Part shown: in pieces, positions 56,841 through 64,000 of the stretch
How positions within the stretch are numbered: the first letter of the stretch is position 1
Layout: the number at the start of each line of letters is the position of its first letter
NCBI GenBank assembly: GCA_963729765.1
Contig: CAVSPL010000011.1
Coordinates: forward strand, 9,102-73,101
Source: an uncultured beta proteobacterium
Lineage (GTDB): Bacteria > Pseudomonadota > Gammaproteobacteria > Burkholderiales > Burkholderiaceae_D
DNA length: 64,000 nucleotides
Direction of reading: 5' to 3'
Made by a program: the position numbers and the translations under genes
The notes under the pieces: model-generated
Seen by the model: only the letters and a program-made list of their open reading frames with translations
What the model was told of the DNA's origin: nothing
The model's database searches: none

Positions 56841-59800
56841 ATGAACCAGAATCCGCAGTACAACTTCAACGTCAATCTGGATGACCTGGCCTTCATCCTC
56901 AAGCAGATCAAGATCGCCGAACTCACCACCAATCCCGGACGGCAGCATCAATGGCGAGCCTTGCGCCAGCGGTGGGCAGCTCCCTGCTGCCTTACGGCCT
57001 GCGCACCGTGGACGGCACCTGGAACAGCCTGCTGCCCGGGATGGAGCGAATGGGCGCCGCCGACAACGTCATGCCGCGCCTGGTGGCCGGCGTCTGGCAC
57101 GACTGCCGAAGGCATCGCCGGCCAATTTCTTCGGCCCGGGCAGCCCGGCCGTCGGCAGCTCGAGCTATGCCCAGACCTATCCCGGCAACATGGTGTTCGA
57201 TGCGCAGCCGCGCATCATCTCGCAACCTGATCGTCGACCAGACCGACAGCAACCCGGCCGCCGTGATCGCCGCCGAGGACCGCGCCGACATCGCCACCTT
57301 CCCCGGCATGGAAACGCTGCAGCAGTCGGCCGACGGCACCTGGCTGATCCCGAACCAGTCGCCCGACATCGGCCTGTCGCCGCCGTTCAACGGCATGATG
57401 GCGCTGTTCGGCCAGTTCTTCGACCACGGCCTCGACCTGATCACCAAGGGCGGCGGCACGGTCTACGTTCCGCTGCAGCCCGACGATCCGCTGTATGTCG
57501 CCGGGCAGCCCGACCAATTTCATGGTGCTCACGCGCGCCGTCGACACGCGCACGCCCGGCGCCTGACGGCGTGACTCGGCACCGCCGACGACGACCTGCC
57601 ACGGCCACACCAACACCACCACGCCCTTCGTCGACCAGAACCAGACCTACACCTCGCACCCCTCGCACCAGGTGTTCCTGCGCGAGTACGCGATGGTCGG
57701 ACGGCAAGCCGCTGGCCACCGGCCGCCTGCTCGACGGCGCGCACGGCGAACGGCAACTGGGCCGAGGTCAAGGCGCAGGCCGCCGACATGCTCGGCATCC
57801 AGCTGACCGACACCGACGTCTTCAACGTGCCGCTGCTGGCGACCGACCGCTATGGCGAATTCCTGCGCGGGCCGAACGGCTTCGTGCAGATCGTCACGGC
57901 GAGCGGGCTGGTCGAAGGCGATCCGGCCGCCAACGGCGGCCTGGGCGTCGCGCTGCCTGCCGACACGCTGCGCACCGGCCACGCGTTCCTGACCGACATC
58001 GCGCACATGCGGCCGTGCCGGGCACCTACGACCACGACCACAATCCCGCCACGCCGGAAGTGCCGCTGGTGGCCGACAGCGACATCGTCGCCGGCCGGTG
58101 CCGAACCCGACCTTCGATCCGACGCGCCGATCACGCGAGCAACCGCGATACCTGGCGCAGCCGGCCGGCACCTACGACAACGAGATGCTCGACCGCCACT
58201 TCATCACCGGCGACGGCCGCGGCAACGAGAACATCGGCCTGACCGCCGATCCACACCATCTTCCACGCCGAGCACAACCGGCTGGTCGAAGACGAACAAG
58301 GCGACGATCCTCGGCAGCCGGCGACCTGGCCGTCATCAACGAATGGCTGGCGGTCGACGTCAGCCGCCATCCCGACCGACGCCGGCCGCCATCGCCGCGC
58401 TGCAGTGGGACGGCGAGCGCCTGTTCCAGGCCGGCCGCTTCGTCACCGAGATGCAGTACCAGCATCTGGTGTTCGAGGAATTCGCGCGCGCGCATGCAGC
58501 CGAGCGTCGATCCGTTCGTCTTCACGAACTCGGCCGACCTCGATCCGGCCATCATCGCCGAGTTCGCCCACGTCGGTGTATCGCTTCGGCCACTCGATGC
58601 TGACCGACACGGTCGACCGGCTCGACAACAACCTGCACTCGTCACGACGACCGAGCAGATCGGCCTGATCGAGGCGTTCCTCAACCCGCATGGCCTTCGA
58701 CAGCGAGCGGCGCGGCATCGACGACGAGCAGCGGCCGGCGCCGATCATCCGCGGCATGTCGCGCCAGGTCGGCAACGAGATCGACGAATTCGTCGTCGAG
58801 GCGCTGCGCAACAACCTGGTCGGCCTGCCGCTCGACCTGGCCGCGCTGAACATCGCGCGCGGCCGCGACACCGGCATCCCGACGCTTCAACGAGGCGCGC
58901 GCCGCAGTTCTACGCGATGACCGGCGACGCCCAGCTCAAGCCCTACACCAGCTGGGTCGACTTCGCGCAGAACATCAAGAACCCGCTGTCGATCATCAAC
59001 TTCATCGCCGCCTACGGCACGCACGCCGACGCATCACTGGCCGAGACCACGCTGGACGGCAAGCGCGCCGCCGCCACGCTGCTGGTGATGGGCGACTGGA
59101 CGTCAACGACGACGGCGATCAGCCGATCCGACCTGGTCGGCCGGCTACCGGCTCGAACGCGCCGGCGACCGCCTCGACTTCCTCAACGGCACCGGCGCCT
59201 GGACCGCGGCCGACACGGCGGCCTCGAACAACGTCGATCTCTGGATCGGCGGCCTGGCCGAAGAGATCAATCGAATTCGGCGGCATGCTGGGCTCGACCT
59301 TCAACTTCGTCTTCGAATACCAGATGGAGCACCTGCAGAACGGCGACCGCTTCTACTACCTGAGCCGCACCCAGGGCATGAACCTGCTCAACCAGCTCGA
59401 GCCGAACACGTTCTCCGACTGGTCATGCGCAACACCGATCTCGGCGACCTGCACGCGACCCACCTGCCGGCGCCGCTGTTCATCGACGCCCGACTATGAT
59501 CCTCGAGCTCGACCACGCTCGTCGCAGCAGAACAACGGCATCGCCGCTCGACGGCACCGATCCGACGATCGGCGACCCGAGCCGCGACGACCCGTTCCTG
59601 CAGACGCATCGACCCGCAAGGTCGTCGCGGGTCGCGCCGGGCGCGGACGTCGACGGCGACGGCTATGCCGACGGCGGCCAGCTGACTACGTCCTACGCGG
59701 CGGCGAGCACGTCGTGCTCGGCGGCACCGAAGGCAACGACACGCCTCATCGGCGACAAGGGCATCGACACGCTCTGGGGCGATGGCGGCAACGACTACCT

Positions 59801-62800
59801 CAACGCCGGCAACGAAGCCGACCAGGTGTTCGGCGGCGACGGCGACGACATCATCGAAGGATCCGTTCGGCGACGACTTCCTGCGCGGCGACAGCCGGCA
59901 ACGACGTCATCAGCAACGGCGCACGGCCTCGACCTCGCTGTTCGGCGGCGAGGGCCAGGACTTCATCATGGTCGGCCACCGACACCACCGAAGTGTTCGC
60001 CGGCGAAGGCAACGACTTCATCCTCGGCGGCACCGGCTCCCGACGTCCTGATGGGCAACGAGGGCGACGACTGGATCGAGGGCGGCGAAGGCTTCGACGG
60101 CCTGTCCGGCGAAAACTCGCGAGCTGTTCTTCAACTCGCACCATCATCGGCCACGACGTCCTCAACGGCCAGGGCAACGACACCGACTACGACGGCGAGA
60201 ACGGCGACGACATCATGGTCCAGGGCGCCGGCATCCAGCGCAACAACGGCATGCTCGGCTTCGACTGGGCGATCCACAAGGGCGACCCGGTGGCGGCCAA
60301 TTCCGACCTCGGCATCCCGGTCTTCGCCGCGCAGGACGCTGTTCAGCTGCGCGACCGCTTCGACTCGGTCGAGGGCTTGTCGGGCTGGAAGTTCGACGAC
60401 ATGCTGACCGGCACCAACTTCCCGACCGGCGCCGTCGGGCAATCCGGGCGGCATCCTCGAACGGCCCGGCCTCCGACAGCATGCTGCTGCAGAAGAACGT
60501 CGGCCTGATCAACGGCTTCCAGGCGCTGCTCGGCCAGGCCGCCGCTGGCCGATCCGAACGGCGTGGTGTTCGACCCGCAGAACGGCGCCGACATCCTGAT
60601 CGGCGGCCACGGCAACGACCGCATCACCGGCAAGGCCGGCAACGACCTGATCGACGGCGACGCCTGGCTCAACGTCCGCGTCAGCGTGCGCGACAAGGCT
60701 CGACCCGACGCGCGAACTGTTCTCGGTCGACAGCATCTCCGCAGATCAAGGACCGGATGCTGACGGGCGAGATCAACCCGGGCCAGCTGCGTCATCGTGC
60801 GCGAGATCCTCGGTCGCCGACGGCGCGAAGACGACATCGACACGGCCGTCTATTCCGACGTGCGCGCCAGCTACGACATCACGCGCAACAGCGACGGCAC
60901 CTGGACGCGTGGCCCACCTGCGCGGCACCGCCACCGACGGCACCGACCGCATCCGCAATATCGACAGGCTGCAGTTCACCGACCGCACCCTGAACCTGAC
61001 CGGCGAACCGGCCATCAGCGACACCACGCCGACCGAACTGCGCGCACTCACGGCCTTGCCGGGCACGATCGCCGCAGTTCAACGGCGTGGCGGAATCGGC
61101 GGTGAGCTACCAGTGGCAGGTCAGGAGCGGCGCCGGTTTCGTCAACATCGCCGGCGCCGTCGGCCTCACCTTCGTGCCGCAGCAGGCGCAGGTCGGCCTC
61201 GAGCTGCGCCTGATGGCCAGCTTCACCGACCTGGGCGGCGTGCGCGCGTTCGGTGTATTCCGACACCACCGCGCCGGTCGGCGACAACGTGACCGGCACC
61301 AGCGGGCGCCGATACCCTGAACGGCACCCCCTGGGCCGACGAACTGATCGGCCTGGCCGGCAACGACCGCTCAACGGCGGCGCCGGCGTCGACGTCATGA
61401 CCGGCGGCGCCGGGCAGGACACCTATGTCGGTGGACGACCTGGGCGACATCATCATCGAGGACTGCCGGCGGCGGCACCGATACCGTGCAGACCGGCGCT
61501 GGCCGCCTACACGCTGGGCGCCAACCTCGAGAACCTCACCTACACCGGCGCCGGCAACTTCGTCGGCACCGGCAACGCGCTGGCCAACACGCTCACCGGC
61601 GGCAGCGGCGACGACCTGCTCGACGGCGGCGCCGGCGCCGACCGGCTGGTCGGCGGGATCGGCAACGACACCTATATCGTCAGCGACGCCGGCGACATGG
61701 TGGTCGAAGTGCTGAGCCAGGGCGCAGGACCTGGTGCGCACCTCGCTCGGCAACTTCTCGCTGGCCAATAACATCGAGGACATGGTCTACACCGGCGCCG
61801 GCGACTTCGTCGGCAACGGCAACAACGGCGTCAACAGCATCACCGGCGGCGCCGGCAACGACGTGCTCGACGGCATGGGCGGCGACGACCGCCTGGTGGG
61901 CGCGGGCGGCAACGACGTGCTGCGCGGCGGCAGCGGCAACGACGTGCTCGACGGCAGGCCTGGGCGACGACACGCTCGACGGCGGCGTGGGCGCCGATGC
62001 TGATGACCGGCGGCAGCGGCGACGATGCCTACCTGGTCGACAATGCCGGCGACCAGGTCATCGAAGCTGGGCGGCGAGGGCATCGACCTGGTCGCCACCT
62101 CGCTGGCCGCCTACACCCTGGGCGACGCCGTCGAGAACCTGACCTATACCGGCGCGGCGACCTTCACCGGCACCGGCAATGCGCTGGCCAACGAACTGCG
62201 CGGCGGCGCCGGCAACGACCGCCTCGACGGCGGCGCCGGCGTCGACCTGATGGTGGGCGGACTGGGCAACGACACCTACATCGTCGACGAGGCGCTCGAC
62301 CGGATCACCGAACTGGCCAACCAGGGCGTCGACACCGTCAACACGACGCTGAACAGCTATACCCTCCTGTTCGGGCTCGACAACCTCACCTTCACCGGCA
62401 GCGGCAGCTTCGTCGGCGAGGGCAACGAGCTGGCCAACACGCTCACCGGCGGCGCCGGCAACGACAGGCTCGACGGCGCAACCGGCGTCGACCGCCTGGT
62501 CGGCGGCGCCGGCGACGACGTCTACCTGGTCGACCAGGCCGGCGACGTGGTGGTCGAGGCCGCGGGCAACGGCACCGACCTGGTGCTCGCGAGCGCCAAC
62601 AGCTACACGCTTGCCAACAACATCGAGAACCTGAGCTTCACCGGCAGCGGCAGCTTCACCGGCGTCGGCAACAACCTGGCCAACATCATGACGGGCGGGG
62701 CCGGCAACGACAGCCTCGACGGCGGCACCGGCAACGATACCCTGCGCGGCGGCGGCGGCAACGACAGTTATTTCGTCAATGCGGCGGGCGACGTCGTCGA

Positions 62801-63311
62801 GGAAGCGCTCGGCGCCGGCATCGATACCGTGTTCTCCACCTCGAACGCCTACACGCTCGGCGCCAATGTCGAGAACCTGACCCAGACCGGCAGCGCCGCC
62901 ACGCTGACGGGCAACGCCTTGTCGAACATCCTGAAGGGCGGCGCGGGCAACGACATGCTGCGCGGCGGCGCCGGCAACGACCGTCTGGAAGGCGGCGCCG
63001 GCAACGACGTGCTCCAGGACAGCGAAGGCAACGACATCTTTGTCTTCGCCGGCGCCAATTTCGGTTCCGACATCGTCATCGGTTTCGATGCGAACCCGCT
63101 GGGCGGACAGGACTTGCTCGATATTTCGGGCCTGGGCGTGACCGCGGCGACCTTCAGCTCGGCCGTGCAGATCGTCGACCTCGGCCTGGACCTGCAGATC
63201 ACGATCGGCAGCTTCGGCTCCTTCGTGCTGCAAGGCGTGGGCGACCCGGCGACGCTGACGATCGACGACTTCCTGCTCAGCGGCGCCAGCGTACCGGTGT
63301 TCCAGCCCTGA
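56841..63311 (+). CDS. Large secreted animal-type heme peroxidase with RTX Ca-binding repeats (MopA/peroxicin-like, roughly 2100-2150 aa; heavily frameshifted here)
   Basis: [111 protein letters not shown]; many GGAGNDxLxG repeats; T1SS-type tail [10 protein letters not shown]...LLDIS...DDF. Confidence 0.92.
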
Positions 63312-63331
63312 GGGACGGGCAGTGCACTACC

Positions 63332-63360
63332 CCGGCACGGCGTCCATCGCGCCGTGCCGG
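63332..63360 (+). other. GC-rich intergenic hairpin without U-tract
   Basis: ccggcacggcg-tccat-cgcgccgtgccgg. Confidence 0.5.
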
Positions 63361-63412
63361 TCCAGCAGCATCAACACTACAGCAACACATAATCATACCT
63401 AGGGAGTGCAAC

Positions 63413-64000
63413 ATGAAAATCGTAAAGAAGTCCTTCAAGAGCGCATGCCTGTGCCTGGCGGCTGTGCTCGTGGCAGCCAGCGCAGGTAGCGTCCAGGCCG
63501 GCGTCGTATTCACGGCCGGCGTGACGCCGGAAGCGGGAACCGTATCGAACGTGCGCTTCCTCGCCGACCTTGCCGGGCGTCGACTTCGGTCCCGATACCA
63601 CCGTCACCGGCAAGGCCGGAAACACCTCCTACCTGGTCGACTTCACCGCGAACGAGCTCCTGATCGCCTTCGACCAGCCGGCCACCGGCAACCCCGCCGT
63701 CCCGCCCGGCCTGCGTGCCACCGACGGTGTGCTGCATGCGCTTGACGTCAACGTACGCAACAGCGCATTCACGACCTTTTTCTACAACCTGCGCCTCGAT
63801 ACGATCGCGCGCAATCCGGCCGGACGCTTCGCCGACATCGTCGTCACCGGCTTCGACGGCAGGACCACGAGTTACACTCAGCAATTGTCGAACGGAAACA
63901 ATCTGTTGCTGATCCAGGCCGACAACAACACGCTGCTGCGCAGTGTGTCGATCGGCTCGAGTTCGAACATCGCCGAGATCATCCAGTTCCGCGTCGGCGG
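63413..64000 (+). CDS. Secreted protein, probably PEP-CTERM family (truncated at window edge; frameshifted)
   Basis: GGGAG SD; signal peptide MKIVKK...SVQA-GVVF; beta-rich T/S/N/G composition ending ...IAEIIQFRVGG; the sorting motif itself is not visible. Confidence 0.65.

Noticed and set aside
59700-63050. Repetitive ggcggcgccggcaacgac units as CRISPR or tandem DNA repeats
   Set aside because: They encode RTX nonapeptides in frame; there is no repeat-spacer structure

Overview
GC-rich betaproteobacterial chromosome segment. Gene content and order point to Oxalobacteraceae, Massilia-like (inference). Most of it is core genome: rluE-icd-csp-clpSA, a tricorn protease, CBS/CGL reverse transsulfuration, a PrpR/sigma54 methylcitrate operon, xth, pepA-lptFG-cbiX, a sulfate assimilation cluster with cysB, a porin, two-component genes, several c-di-GMP proteins, yajQ and murB. 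The right end is an accessory-looking locus: FKBP lipoprotein, small ORF and atypical FNR, divergent across an AT-rich spacer from a ~6.5 kb animal-heme-peroxidase/RTX gene that is followed by a probable PEP-CTERM protein. Most genes are broken by scattered single-base indels, including essential ones (lptFG, murB). These are almost certainly sequencing or consensus errors, so genes were stitched across frames by eye and some ends are approximate. No tRNA, rRNA, CRISPR array, integrase or transposase was seen. Best leads: the peroxidase/PEP-CTERM locus, a FabX-like flavo-Fe-S enzyme, a phage-like two-gene cassette with tandem palindromes, an SD-occluding hairpin on the porin leader, candidate leaderless starts, and degenerate c-di-GMP proteins.
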